A stretch of 64,000 nucleotides of DNA. Origin: the human T2T-CHM13v2.0 reference genome, Homo sapiens. Below are positions 27,640 to 41,614 of this stretch, piece by piece. The notes beneath the pieces are model-generated. The model searched no databases and had not been told where the DNA came from. It was given only the letters and a program-made list of their open reading frames with translations. Location: NCBI RefSeq assembly GCF_009914755.1, contig NC_060930.1; one strand, given 5' to 3'. The stretch's first letter is position 1. Each line of letters starts with the position of its first letter. A program made the translations under genes and the position numbers.

Positions 27640-27870
27640 TTAGCTGCACACTTGCTTGTGCCAGGCGCAATACTAAATGACTTACATTCATTAATTCATT
27701 TAATTCTCAGAACAACTTTGAGAGATAGGTGCTCTATTATCATAATATCTCAAGAAAACTGAGGCACAAAAATGCACAAAGAAGTTTAGCAAGTAGCTAA
27801 TTAAGTGACAATGCTAGGATTTAGCCCAAGTACATTTAACCTTAAAATCTAATTTCTGTCTACTATACTC
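27640..27870 (-). mobile_element. MIR SINE
   Basis: TGTGCCAGGCGCAATACTAAAT...CATTTAATTCTCAGAACAAC...GAAAACTGAGGCACA. Confidence 0.75.
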
Positions 27871-29126
27871 TGCTAGTTTGTATTATATATAATTCCAAAG
27901 TATTATTTGGTAAATGATGAATGAGTGCATAAAAAATTTTGATTCAAGTTATCTGCTAAAAACATTTTATACTCAAATAAGACTGCAATACACGATCTAA
28001 TGTTCAATTACATATTATCCTATAATTATTGGAGTATGTCACAACTTGAAACCAGACCCGACCTAGACAAATTATTTCAAACAGAAAGGGTTTTAGCAAT
28101 AAATTAGAATAATTACCTAGAAGGTGCTGAGAAGGAAGATGTTTTGTGAATAAGGCTCTGCCTATTCTAGAAATGACAGTATTGTACACAAGGCTGATAG
28201 AAAGCACAAGTCTCAATAGCCAATAGTCAGAAACAGAGCTTTAAGGTGAGGGTGGCTGGCCAAAGAAATGGAGATCAAACAACAAGTAGTTTTTTCCCAG
28301 TCATAGAAGTAGATTCAGGTCTCCATTCTCCAGAAGAACTAGAAAAGGAAAAAATATCTTTTGTTGGAGGATTTTGAGGTATTCTGCAGCTTAAATTTAT
28401 TTAGGAAGTTAAAAATAGAAACTAAGACAGAAATCTGTGTCAGAATGAGATATGGTGTGGTCTAGGTCTACTAGCTAGTTATGTTAAGATATTGAACCAT
28501 AGAAAGTAGAGCTAGGGATGTTTAAGAACTTTCTTCCGTAAGGAAAGGTAGTCCAGAGAGCAGGACAAGGAGGAGCATATGAATAGGGAACCATGTGGAA
28601 CCAGCTGTAGATAAAATTATGCAGGGACTAAGATACCAAACTAGGTCTGACCAAAATATTGACTCCTACCAGTATATAAGCTCCCGAAGGGTAAGAAAAG
28701 ATGACTTCCTTAGCATAGCACTAAGGTCTACATGGCAGAGTTTCAGGCTCTAAATGCATACTCAATAACATTTATTGATTGATCTATTAAAAAAATCTCT
28801 AAGAAAATATGGAGCAACTAGTACCTGAGTTTTCTATCTCCTAACTCTTTGCTCCTTCATCAGTTTTGCCATTGCATACTTGATTTTTGCTGATTCAATT
28901 TTACTTCAGTGTCCAAATTTGCATTGCAGAGAGTGCCACCCTTTTGAACATCCTGTGTATCTGGGAATAGTGTATATGCTTGCCTTCATCTATTTTGGCT
29001 GCTCTAACAAAATACCATAAATTGGTTAGCTTACAAACAACAAAGATTTATTTCACATAATTAATATGCGTCTCACAAGTTGGATATGTAGTCATTTCAT
29101 AATCATTCATTTAAAAATATATTTTA

Positions 29127-29430
<304 letters not shown>

Positions 29431-29676
29431 TTACATCATGATCTTTGTCTTTGATCTATGGATTATTTAGAAGTGTGCTTATTAATTTTCAAACATTCAG
29501 GGATTCTTATTTTTTAAATATTTTTGTGATTCAATTGAACTGCAGTTGAAGATCATGCACTGTATGACTCCAATCTTTTGGATTTTTTTATGTTTTGCTT
29601 AATGACCCAGGATAAATTCACTATTGTAAATATTTCATATATACTAGAATATTGTTGATTGATTGATTCAAAAAAA

Positions 29677-29928
29677 TTTTTTTAGGTTCAAGGGTATAGG
29701 TGCATGTTTGTTATCTAGGTAAATTGCATGTTGTGGGGGTTTGGTGTACAGATTGTTTAATCACCCAGGTAATAAGAATAGTATCCAATAGGTAGTTCTT
29801 GCTTCTCACCCTCTTTTCACCCTCCACTTTCAAGTAGGCCCCAGTGTCTATTGTTCCTTTCTTTGTGTCCATGTGTACTCAATGTTTAACTCTTGCTTAT
29901 AACTGAGAACATGTGGCATTTGATTTTT
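29677..29928 (-). mobile_element. L1PA13-16 3'-end fragment
   Basis: TTTTAGGTTCAAGGGTATAGGTGCATGTTTGTTA...GGTTTGGTGTACAGATT...AGTAGGCCCCAGTGTCTATTGTTCC. Confidence 0.8.
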
Positions 29929-30743
29929 GGAGGAAATGTTTTCTGCAGTTTTGGCTGAAGCATTATGTATGTTCATAACTCACATTTGTTCATTTTGTTT
30001 GAACCTTGTGATTTTTGTATTTAACTGGAGCATTTAGCCTATATTTATTACTAATATATCTGGGCTTATATATATAATTTATCTGTATTATCTGTCTTGC
30101 CTACTCTATATTTTTATTTCTGTCCTTACCTCCTTTTCTTTCTGTCCTTACCTTTATTTGGGAAAAAAAAAATTTCTTTTACTAGTTTATAGGTTATGGT
30201 TCTTTCAGTGCTTATTCTGGAAATTACAACACACATTTTTAACTTGTCAAGGTTAAAAGTTAGTCATTGCCTTCACCTTCCATCCTTACAATATAAGTTC
30301 CTTCAGAAGATTTAATGTCATGTATGCCTCTCCTGACTTATTATTGTTATGTATTTTACTTCTATGTTGGCATATTTAAACTCTAAAATTTTCTTATTGT
30401 TTCATTTAGTATTTATTTAGGGTTCCTCCTACATATTCTTCAATCTTTACTGTCTGTTTGTTATCCCCAACCCATTCCTTCCACCTAAGATCACTTCTGC
30501 CTGAAATATGTTTATTAGAATATTCACAAGTATGGGTTGCTGGTGCTAAACCCTTTGTCATTTTGGAGGAAAGGGAATATCTGAAAATGTCTTCATGTCT
30601 CTCTCATTCCTAAAAGATATTTTTGGTAGACATATTCTGTGTTGTCAACTATCTCTTTAAGCACATTAAGGATGTCATTCCACAGACTTCTGGCAATCAT
30701 TTTGTTATTTAAAATGCAATGGACAGTCTGTCACCGCCCCCCC

Positions 30744-30982
30744 TTTTTTTTTTTTTTTTTTAGTTAGGGCTACACTCTTCAGTTTGGTTCTTTATTTATA
30801 GTATATTTTGGTTCATTTCATATTGTTAATCAATTTTGGAGTATCCCCACCCCATCCTGCTTGATTCTAATTATTATTATTTTTTAAATTATACTTTAAG
30901 TTCTAGGGTACATGTGCACAACGTGCAGGTTTGTTACATATGTATACATGCGCCATGTAGGCATGGGCAAAGACTTCATGTC
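30744..30982 (-). mobile_element. Miniature young L1PA insertion with 3' transduction and 5' inversion
   Basis: T18 (30744-61), unique 30762-30870, L1PA 3' end 30871-30958, 25-nt sense ORF2 piece 30958-30982; TSD TGTCACC..CCTTTT. Confidence 0.8.
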
Positions 30983-32169
30983 ACCCCTTTTAAAGACAAT
31001 CTGTGTTTTTTGTTGTTGTTTTAGATTGCTTTTAATACTTATTCTTCACTTTTTTTGGTTTTGAAGTTTTATAATGTGTCTAGATGTAAATTTATTTTCT
31101 TTATCTTGTTTTGGATACCCTGTGTGCCTGAATCTGTGGATTATTTCTGGTAAGTTCTTCAGCATTTTCTCTTCAAATATTGCCTCTGCCACATGTTTTC
31201 TCTCAGCCCCTTCTGGGGTTCCAATGAATTGTATGTCAGACCTTTTCACTCCAAACATTATCCATGTCTCTTAATTTTTTTTTTTCATTTTTTCCTCTCC
31301 TTCTTGCATCCTGGATAATTACTTCTGATCTACCTTCCAGTTTGCTAATTCTCTCTTCAGTTATGTCTAATCTTTGCAAAAATTCATTTTTGAGTTTTAC
31401 ATTTTAGTTATTTTTCATTTTTCAAATTCATTATTTGACACATCTACAGTATTATTTAAAAATAGCTATGGTTTCCTAGGAGAAAATGTTGATTTATCTA
31501 TTATTTCTTAAAACACAGTAGACATCATTTTACACAGTTGTTTAAATCTTTGTCCAATAATTCCAATATCACATTTTGACTATTCTAATGTCTAATACTT
31601 TGGTGAGCTCGTTTCTGTTTTCTGTTGCTGCTGTTTCCTGCTCATGTTGCCTCATTGCTATGCTTACTTACTTTTACTCTGCATGGTTCATTTTCTTATA
31701 TTATTTACAATATTTTTCAGCATTAAAATGAAGAGTTATATTTTATCAGAGAGGGTTTCCATTATCTTCTGTCAGGTGCCTAATAGCATACCTGTTTAGG
31801 GCCACTTCAAACTAATTTTATTTCATGGCTTGAGGTTTTCCTTTTTTGTGGAGGTGGAGTAAGATTTTGTGTTACAACACCTACTGAAAACATACAGTTA
31901 CTCACAGACTGCCCTCCCCCAAATAGTCACTGAGAGATGGGGAATTGAGATCTTTACATCTGGTGTATTTTTACACTGATGATATAGCCCTGTGAAGTAC
32001 CAGCGCTAAAGGAGAAAGAGTCTCCTTGGCTAGATCCTGGCTGTTGACCATCCTGTGGACCCAGACGGACTAGAAAACCAGTTTGTCAAATTCAGCAAAT
32101 GCCTCAAGGCAAAAGTGGCTTTATTTAAGTCTCTGGGTTAGAGGTTTTGTGTAGATTTTGGCCTGCTAA

Positions 32170-32766
32170 ATTGTTTTTGTTGTTGTTGTTGTTTGTTTGT
32201 TTGCTGTTTTCAACTTTAAAGTTCCAGGGTAGAAGTGCAGGATGTGCAGGTTTGTTACATAGGCCGTGGTGGTTTATTGCACAGATCAGCCCATCACTCA
32301 GGTATTAAACCCAGCATCAATTAGCTGTTCTTCCTGATGCTGTCTCTCCCCCCTCCCCACAGGTGCTCAGTATGTGTTGTTCCCCTCTATGTGTCCATCT
32401 GTTCTTATTGTTCAGCTCGCACTTATAAATGAGAACATGCAGTGTTTGGTTTTCTGTTCCTGCATTAGTTTACTGAGAATATTGGCTTCCAACTCCATCC
32501 ATGTCCCTGCAAAGAACATGATCTCATTCCTTTTTATGGCTGCATAGTATTCCATGGTATATATGTACCATATTTTCTTTATCCAGTCTATCATTGATGG
32601 GCATTTAGGTTGATCACATGACATTGCTATTGAAAATAATGGCTGCAAGGAACGTACGCATCCATGTATCTTTATAATAAAATTATTTATATTTTGGGGG
32701 TTATATATCCAGTAATGGGATTGCTGGGTCAAATAGTATTTCTGCTGCTAGGTCTTTGAGGAATCA
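32170..32766 (-). mobile_element. 5'-truncated L1PA8/10-like element with TSD
   Basis: GTGCAGGATGTGCAGGTTTGTTACATAGG 3' end; ORF2 C-terminal peptide (MEYYAAIKRNEIMFFAGTWMELE); TSD TTTGGCCTGCTAA at 32157-32169 and 32767-32779. Confidence 0.9.
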
Positions 32767-32817
32767 TTTGGCCTGCTAATTCTATATTAACTTGTTCATG
32801 CTTTGAGGCCTTTAAGA

Positions 32818-32819
<2 letters not shown>

Positions 32820-32862
<43 letters not shown>

Positions 32863-33040
32863 ATATATATCTCATATATAAAAGATATATGATATATATA
32901 TCCCATATATATCTCATATATAAAAGATATATGATATATATATATCCCATATATATCTCATATATAAAAGTATATGATATATAATCCCATATATATGTCA
33001 TATATAAAAGATATATGAGATATATATATATATATATATA
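32820..33040. repeat. (TA)n-flanked minisatellite, 4 x ~42 bp
   Basis: Unit TCCCATATATATCTCATATATAAAAGATATATGATATATATA starting at 32859, 32901, 32945 and 32985. Confidence 0.95.
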
Positions 33041-33934
33041 ACATTTATATTTAGTTGTTTTTTTGGAGAGAAGGGTCAGTGGATGTTATCAATAACTTAA
33101 TTATTATATTATAGAAACTACTTTATTCTGATTGATATTATATTTATATTTATATTTGAACTGTCTTACTCTAAAATTAATATAAGGTAGTTTAACTTAG
33201 TTTTGTTTGATTTATGTGCATCTTATTTAGTTAACATGCTTACATTTATTTTTCAATTAATTAAAAAATCTTCAAATTTTCAGCAGATTTTTTATGGACT
33301 TTCTTATTTTAAAATCCTGTCTTAAACCTATATACCTATGTTGCTTTTCTACCAAGCAGTCTTGATACCAGCATAGGAAAAGCATCAAAGAGAGGGATTG
33401 TAGCAGGTCCTTTTATGATTTTTCTTAACTCACAATCATAGATGGAAATTTTATATCAAAGCAAATAAAACAAAATTAACAGAAAAGTATTGGAGAGCCT
33501 GTCTAAATAATCTCTCTAGTGGTAGCCATGATATAACAGATTAGAAAGACTCAAGGGTCCTGGGACAGAAGGTGTGTACAGACATCTTTCTAAATCCATT
33601 ACCTTATCCTTTGTCAGGGCCGTGTGTTTCACGTTAGTGTTCATGAATTTTCTTAAATTTTTATTATATCTTCCTGTGGGTTTTAATGCTGAAAGATGAC
33701 ATTTAGAAATTATACAATCAAATAATACTGGAAAGGAATTAGAAGTAACGACTGGAAGGTGTGAGCATCTCTCTCTTATGTAGCTCTAGTGGAGAGAACA
33801 CTGGCTCTCAAGATGGAATGCTTGGGTTTACCCATCTACTCTACGACTCAGTTTCCTCATTTTAAAAATAGGAATGTTAAGAGTATTTATCTCAGAGCTG
33901 TTTGAAGATTAAATTAGTAAATATATGGAATGTG

Positions 33935-34250
33935 GGCCAGGCAGGGTGGATCACGCCTATAATCCCAGCACTTTGGGAGGCTGAGATGGGTGCATCAAAA
34001 CCAGCCTGGGCTGGGCAACATGACAAAACACCGTTTTTACCAAAAAATACAAAAATTAGTTGGGTGTGGTGACACACCCCTGTATTTCCAGCTACTTGGG
34101 AGGCTGAGGTGGGAGGATGGCTTGAGCCTGGGAGGCAGAGGTTGCAGGTTGCAGTGAGCCAAGATCAAGCCACTCACTGAACTCCAGCCTGAGTGATAAG
34201 AGTCAGACATTGTCTCAAAAACAAACAAACAAAAAACAACAACAACAAAA
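33935..34250 (+). mobile_element. AluJ with a left-arm deletion, inserted in a MIR
   Basis: GGGAGGATGGCTTGAGCCTGGGAGG; (CAA/CAAA)n tail; TSD TATGGAATGT at 33924-33933 and 34264-34273. Confidence 0.9.
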
Positions 34251-35308
34251 GTGTGTGTATGAGTATGGAATGTCTTTAGAACTAAGCCTGACAGTTGATG
34301 AGTGCTGTATGAACGTTTTCAAAGCACAGTGGAGGCTGAGTGAAAATACAAATACTGCAAGAGAGGTAACACATTGACGATGTTCCCATTAGCAGGTCCT
34401 TTTTAGGGAGCAAGGGCCAACAAGGATGGAGGGCACGAAATACCTAAGGGATGGAAATGAGAAAGGAGTTTAGGACAAGGGTGCAGGGGTGCTGCTCTTA
34501 GCTCAATTTACATTTAGCTCAGGGCTATTGCTTTTGTGTTTTTTTTTTAACTGCTCTCTTTCTCAGTTACATAGGCCTAGTTCTCTTTTGTAGAAACCAG
34601 TGAGTATACAGACTGGTTTTTCTTTTAAGCAAGGAATATATTAAGTAAGGTTGAACATGAGTTGTTATTGTGCCACAAGGGGAAAAGAACTGATTCGATT
34701 TGATTCTCAAGTGTATTCCTACATTGAATAATAATGACATTATCATTTAATTATTTAGACATTAGCTTCATTCGCATATGTAGTTTGGGACCATTTAGAA
34801 AAAACCTAGAAAGAACAATATTCTGTTTTTATTGTAGAACCCCACTGTTAAATTTCTCACAGGCTAATGTTTAATCACATTCTTAGTCTTGCACAGTTCT
34901 TGATAATAATTAACCTGAAATAACTACTTCCATACGTGAGTTGGGGACATATTTGCTTTTGTTGTTTAAATTTCCTTTCTCAGGAAGTTAAATGGTTAAA
35001 ACTTGCAGATCTAAATTGTCCATGAATAGCCATAAGAGGAAAAAGCCCATGAAAGATAGAGATTTGGAGCTTTGTATATATTTGCTAATACAAACCCAAG
35101 CATTTATTATACATTTAAAGACTATATTTACATGCATGTTTCTTTTTAATATCATATGACTAGAATATTTCAAGTTTGAAAGTCTTATGCTCCACTATGA
35201 AGAGTCTTTTTCTTGTTTCTGGTGACTAAAGTCAAAAGAATCTAAATATTAAGGCCTCTCATTAACGGTAACTTAGATGAGTCAAGTAGCAGCTCTACAA
35301 CACAAGGC

Positions 35309-35309
<1 letters not shown>

Positions 35310-35341
<32 letters not shown>
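35310..35341. repeat. (TG)16 microsatellite
   Basis: Direct reading. Confidence 0.97.
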
Positions 35342-35342
<1 letters not shown>

Positions 35343-35360
35343 ACTCATGTGATAAAACCA

Positions 35361-35514
35361 TTTTATTTATTGAGGTATGATTGACATGTAAAAAGCTGTA
35401 AATATTCAATGTATACAACTACTTGACTTTGGGGATGAATATACACCCATAAAACTGTCACCACCATCAAGGACATATGAGTATTCATCACTTCCTAAAA
35501 TTTCCTCCTTCCCC

Positions 35515-35550
<36 letters not shown>

Positions 35551-36440
35551 TTTTATGGTAAAAACACTTAACCTAAGATCTATTCTATTAGAGAAGTTTA
35601 AGTTTATGATACAGCATTGGCTATAGGTACTATGCTGTGTAGTAGATCTGCAAAACTTATTTATCTTGCATTACTGAAACATTGTACCCTTTGGCCATCA
35701 ACTTCCCATTTCTCCTTCCCCATCCCCTGACAATCACAATTCTGTTCTGTGCTTCTGTGAATTAGACTATTTTAGATTCAACAGATGAGTGAAATCATAC
35801 AGTATTTGTCTTTCTGTGTTTGGCTTATTTCACTTAGTATAATATATTCCATGTCCATCCATGTTGTCATAAATGGCAGGACATCCTTTTTTAGAGCTAA
35901 ATAGTATTCCATTGTGTGTATACACTACATTTTTTTCATCCACTCATTCATTGATGGACATTTAGGTTGTTTCCATATCTCAGCTATTGTGAGTAATGCT
36001 GCAGTGAACACAGGAGTACAGATAGCTCTTTAACATCCTGATTTCAGTATCTTTGAGTAAATATCCAGAAGCAAATTGCTCGATCATGTGATAGTTATAC
36101 TTTTAATTTTTTGAGGAATGTTCTTACTGTTTTCCATAATGGCTATACCAATTTACAATCTTAACACTAGTAAATGAGTATGAGGGTTCTCTTTTGTCCA
36201 CATCCTCATAACACTTATGGGTTTTTTTTTTTTTAATTATAACCTTCCTAACAGGTGTGAAGTGATATCTCATGATTTTTATTTGTATTTTCCTGATGAC
36301 TAGTGATGTTGAATACCTTTTTGTATACCTGTTTTCCATTTGTGTCTTCTTTATATAAATGTCTATTCAGACCTTTCACCAATGTTTAAATTGAGTTATT
36401 TGTTTTTTTCTATTGAGTTGTATGAATTTCTTATATATTA
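35361..36440 (-). mobile_element. L1MA/L1MB 3' portion containing (TTA)n
   Basis: TTTATTGAGGTATGATTGACA tail; ORF2 C-terminal peptide STSLVIRKIQIKIMRYHFTPVR. Confidence 0.85.
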
Positions 36441-38499
36441 AAAGTATTTATATTATTCCTTATAGTTTAAAAGTATTTTGGTATGCATATAGAATGAGGA
36501 AAATATCCTCCTCTCCTTTTTACATATGAGACTTTCTAATATCCATAGGATTAATTATTTCTCTTGAGGTGTTTTTATATGCTTAATGGATATGGTCTCA
36601 TCTCAATATGACAGTAGCTTCTACTTTTTCTAGAGGGAGATGTGTTCATGCATCAAGAAAATGTAAGTTTACTTTTGTGATGTTAATAACTGCCCCCCAT
36701 TTTTTGTTAAACCTGTGTCATTAGGTTACTATTTTTAGATTTTTATTTCAGAGAAGGCATATAATGATATCTTTATAAAAATCTGTGTCCCATAGCAGTA
36801 TAGTAACCCTTTATTGATTCTTGAATAGAAACTTCCCAGAATCTGCCCCAGAACACATTCCTAGAAGACAATATAAATCTTTCCCATACTTTAAGTTCTA
36901 TCCTAAGTCAACTTCACCACCTCCTTGAAGCCTCCCTGATCACACCCATTGCTACTAGTCCCATCAGCAGCAGTCTCTTCCACTATATTACTTGTCCGTA
37001 TTGTATACTAATGCCCATTCTGTGGGGATGCTTTGGAGGTGGAGAATGGGTTGCCTGGCACCCCACACCACCTCCGTGTTCACTGAATACATGAATCTGT
37101 TAGGGAAGGAGCATGTGCATTGATGAATAAACTAGATCATGTGAAGTTTCATCTGTGGGTGTCAGCTGGCTTTTATTATACTCTAATTAAATCTTGTCTC
37201 CCTCAGAGTAAAGTAAACTCCTTGAGGGCAGTTGTCATGTCAGTTCATTGTTGTTTCCCACAGCACTAGGCACACAGTCATGGCTTAGCAAGTACTCACT
37301 GAATGTAATTGAATTGAATTAGATGGGTAGGAAATAAGAAAAACTTGTTTGAGTCAGGCTTCATTTATTTGGGATTGAAACACAAATCCTCAGTGTCACT
37401 AATCTAGTCCTCATCCCTTTACTGTTGGGGCAAATTGCACTACAAATATCCACCAATGCGCTGCTCAAATCATTTCTATTTTATGAACAAATTGTAAGCA
37501 GTTGAAAAATAAGGACTTAGGCATTTTTCTTATTTATTCACACTAACAGTGTGCACTGGCTGGAGTTGCTAGAGAGATGCTGACACTCCTGTTGGTGTTA
37601 GGTATTGTGGCCATTATCCCCCCATTCTGTAGCACAGACATTTTCTGACTCTTATCATGGTAACTGGGTATGCTGTTGATGTTTATTTACAGCAAACACC
37701 CAGAACCAAAAGATACTGTGAGGGGCGATGAGGAAGAACATGGTATCTGACACCAGATAGATATAAATTTGACTCTCAGTTCCAGTACTCATATGTATTA
37801 GTTGAATGTCTTAGATAAGTCACATAAACTCGCTGTACCTCTGTTGCCTCATTTGTCAGTGGAATAAATGTCTACTTCACATGTTTCTGGAAATGTTATA
37901 GATAAAGTGATGAGGTGCCTACCACAGTGACTGACACAGGGCTGGAAGATAATACGTGTTAACCTCTGTTATTATTTGCATCTTTGGTCCCTAACACAAT
38001 GTCTGGTATATAGTAAGTGCTAAATCAATTTAATTTCAGTAAGTTAACTCTTTTGGGCTCATGAGCCAACTTCTGTTGTGATGACTGGAAAAAGAAGCTC
38101 AATAAAACCATGGAAAGGCCCAGTAAATGTGAGCTTTCCATGAACTAGGAAAGGTGGAAAATTCTGTCCTTGTAGCTATGAATGGAACTATGTAGTTTAA
38201 CTTGTGTGTCCATAGTTAAGTATCTACTATGTGATTAGCACAGAGGACATTGTTTTTTGTATTCCAAAGGATTGAAATAAGGTAAAAACAGAACAGGCAT
38301 TGAATGTTGGTGAAGAATATGCCACCTCTGTTGTGGAATAAAATGCTAGACAAGCTTCTGAACCAAAGTACCTGCTGTCACGCTGCCTAAAATTCCATTA
38401 GAAATCCATCCCTTTGTTGTAATTAATACTTACCATGGCAGTGCCATACATTTGTGTTACACTTTTCAGTTTATGATGCACTCTAACAGACATAATCTT

Positions 38500-38820
38500 A
38501 TTTTATTATTTTTGTTTTTATTATATGTATTTAAGGTAGACAATGTGATGTTTTGATATACATATATGTATATGTAGTAAAATGATTACTTTTATCAAGC
38601 AAATTAATATGTCCATCACATAGCTCTTTTTTAGTGATAAAATTACTCTCCTGGCAAATTTTCATTATACAATACAATATTATTGATTATAGTTCTTATG
38701 CTATCCATTACATCTCTAGACTTATTCATGCTACATAACTGCAACTTAATGCCCTTTGACTTACATCTCCCCACTCCCACCCTGCTCTCTGCCCTTTGTA
38801 ACTCCTGTTTTACTCTCTTA
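38500..38820 (-). mobile_element. L1MA 3'-end fragment
   Basis: TATTTAAGGTAGACAATGTGATGTTTTGATATAC...CATCTCTAGACTTATTCAT. Confidence 0.75.
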
Positions 38821-39110
38821 TTTTATTATTTTTATATCAACTCAATGAAGTAAGAAGAAAAAATCCCCATTTTGTAAATGTTCATATAATTTGAATTTTA
38901 TGATGCAAGAAAACTTTATGTATAGTCGAGACCTGTTTCTCCTATGGGCTTTAGAATTCCTCTACTAATAGGAGAGACTGTAGAGAAGATGATTTAACTT
39001 CTTATTGTGGTAGCTGAAAGCCAAGTCCCCAAATAATGGTAGGCAAGCAGCTTTAGGTTGGCAATGGTAGGCAAGGTCTGAGGTTCTGAGGTGGGGAGAA
39101 TACTCTGTGG

Positions 39111-39335
39111 CCAAGTTCTTCAATCTTAGCATGTTGCCATTTTGACTGATTGCATTTTTGTTTGGGGGGCTGACCTGTGCACTGTAGGATATTTCACAAG
39201 CATTCTTGACCTTTACCCGTGAGATACCAAAACCGCTCCCTCAGTTGGGACAGCAGAAAATATTTCCAGACGTTGCCAGACTTCCCTTGGGTTGTCAGGG
39301 TGGGAGAGCAAAGTCCCCCTGGTTAGAAACCAGTG
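39111..39335 (+). mobile_element. MER20
   Basis: GGGGGCTGACCTGTGCACTGTAGGAT...TCCAGACGTTGCCA...CCCCTGGTTAGAAACCAGTG. Confidence 0.8.
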
Positions 39336-41209
39336 CTCTAGAGAAGGGATGAGAGAATAAACTTCATCAGTGTTACAGTTTTCCATACGGCCAGATCTGA
39401 GGAGAAGTCGCAGTCCCTAAACCAAAGCAGTTACCATTTTTAGCAGATAGAGCTACTACCCTGCTTCTTAGGAAGAGTCTACTTGGTGCTGGAAGCTAGA
39501 GAATATTGTGAAGGTAGGGACACTTTTCCCCTGAGAAAAGACACAGCTGGTCTCCTAGGGAGAAATATTCTGCTAGTACTCCAGGGCATAAGGACAAGTA
39601 GAAACAGACAGGGAGAAAATGGAGACTTGTCCAACTGAAATGTATCCAGAGTGTATTAACCACACATCTGCTCTTTTGTAGTGTGCTATATAATAACCTT
39701 GAGCAGCATCACTGTCTGTTTCTGGCACCAAAAGCAGAGCCTTGCTTTCTGTCAGTATCATGCTACTTTAATGCTCAAAGGGTGCAATAGGGGAGCATAT
39801 TAGGTTATGAGTCAGACTCACTGGAGTTAGGCATTAGTCACCAGTATTAACCTTAGGCAAAGCACTTCTCTTCCCTGGATCTAGGTTTCTGTATCTGAAA
39901 ATGAGATTAATTTTAATGTCTCCAAGCTCTAAAACTATGGTTTTCTTACTCTTACTATCACAACTAAAATCACTACTCTTACTGCCACATAATATGAATG
40001 TATGATTATACTGCCATGCATATCACCATAAGTAATATGGTAATATTGGCGGTATCATTCTTGTAAAGTTAAAAAAAATATTCTAATGAAGCAGATTAAG
40101 GCTACTTACAAAATATGCCTTCTTGGGCTCAGAGGGACTAGGGAGGAAATGATCTACTTGGATATGAGAAATGAAGTAGCCACGGTATTGAAATCCATAA
40201 CTCACCATGGTTAATGAATCTTCCTCTCCCTAGCCCAACACCCCAGGCAAAGATAGGCATTGGTGCCTATTAAATAAGAGCTAGGAGAAAAGGAATTACA
40301 GTCAAAACCCTCTTAAGACATTTTCAAAGGAGAAGCCATTAAAACTTCTAAACCAGGAAATCTTCCTTGGAGAGAAATGGAAAATCATAGGTAAGGTGCC
40401 ATGCAAATGTGTTCATTTAATAAATACTATTGGATGAGGAGGACGATAAGAATAAATGTATGCTGGAGGGAAAAGTAGGAAGCAGGAAGCTTTTAAGGGA
40501 AGCTTATTATCTTTCTTTCTTTTTCTTTTCAAACTGAGTTTATACTTGTGGAAATACCATGTGACCTGAAGATGGCAGATCTTTATGGACCGACATCTCT
40601 CACTCCAGATTTGGGCTTTGGTGGTCATTGTAGCCATGTGGATATAAAGGGCACATTTTTCGTTTTGGGAAGGAGGGGTCATCAGTTTCATAGTCAGATG
40701 TATTCTCTGAAATGGAAAGTCCTGCAGTCCCCTTTCTTCGTCCCTTATTCTTTCCCTGATGAATGCCAGCCCTTTCATTTTCCTCTGCACTAGCAGCAAA
40801 GATATGCAGAGAGTGAGGAGGCAGTGATAGATGGTGTCACAGAAGAAAAGTTAGCTTTTAAAGTGAATATTGTAGTAACATCAAAGCCATTTCTCAAGAG
40901 TATTTGGAATTGGTGAATTTTTTTTCTGGGGACACTTACTACCCTCTCAGTGGAAGCATAGGTATGGGTGAATGCTGGCATTCTTTGCCATCTCCTTCCC
41001 TCTGGTCATTACGCATCCATTTCCTTCCTCCAACCCAAAGTCCCATTAGTCACTGAATGCATCTTCATGTCCAAGACCTCCTCCAGGTGATGCTCAGATA
41101 TCTGGTCAGGATATGGTGATCTAAGAACAATAAAGGAAAATTATCTGCATCCTACCGCCACCTAATATAAAATGGAGGAGTAGGGAAAGATTAATTGGAA
41201 TATAAAATC

Positions 41210-41614
41210 TGTTATAGCCTGGCTCCCTAGGAAGCAGACCCTGAGACAGAGATCACCATGAAGGAGTTTCATGAAGGAATACTCTTGAAAACCAAATCTG
41301 TAGGAGTGAAGGGAAGGAAGCAATCCCAACACAGTCCTCAGCCAATCCCACAGTGATGCTGGGGTGGTCTTTCAGAATTGCCTCAAAGCAGGCAAGGAGG
41401 ATGAACCTTTATTCCCTAGGTTGACCAGGTTTTGAATTTGGATGCCTCTGTAAAGGGAAATCACCTTGGACAAGGTGGGAGGCAACTCTCTTTAGCTAAG
41501 ACAATTATCAAAACGTGCTATGTGAGGGCTGTATTCAGCTCTCCCAACAACTAGGGAATTAAATTCATCAATGCAGTATCAGGATCTGGGAGGTACATCA
41601 TAACAACCATTACA
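41210..41614 (-). mobile_element. ERVL solo LTR (LTR16/LTR33-like)
   Basis: GGAAGCAGACCCTGAGACAGAGAT...CCTCAGCCAATCCCACAG...GGATCTGGGAGGTACATCATAACAACCATTACA; TG..CA ends. Confidence 0.7.

Noticed and set aside
32729-33001. 90-aa Y/I-rich repetitive ORF
   Set aside because: Translation of the AT-rich minisatellite
32859-33020. CRISPR-like repeat array
   Set aside because: Tandem units without unique spacers, no cas genes, eukaryotic DNA
34594-34626. Hairpin AAACCAGT..ACTGGTTT plus T run resembling an intrinsic terminator
   Set aside because: Weak 8-bp stem expected by chance; not meaningful in primate DNA
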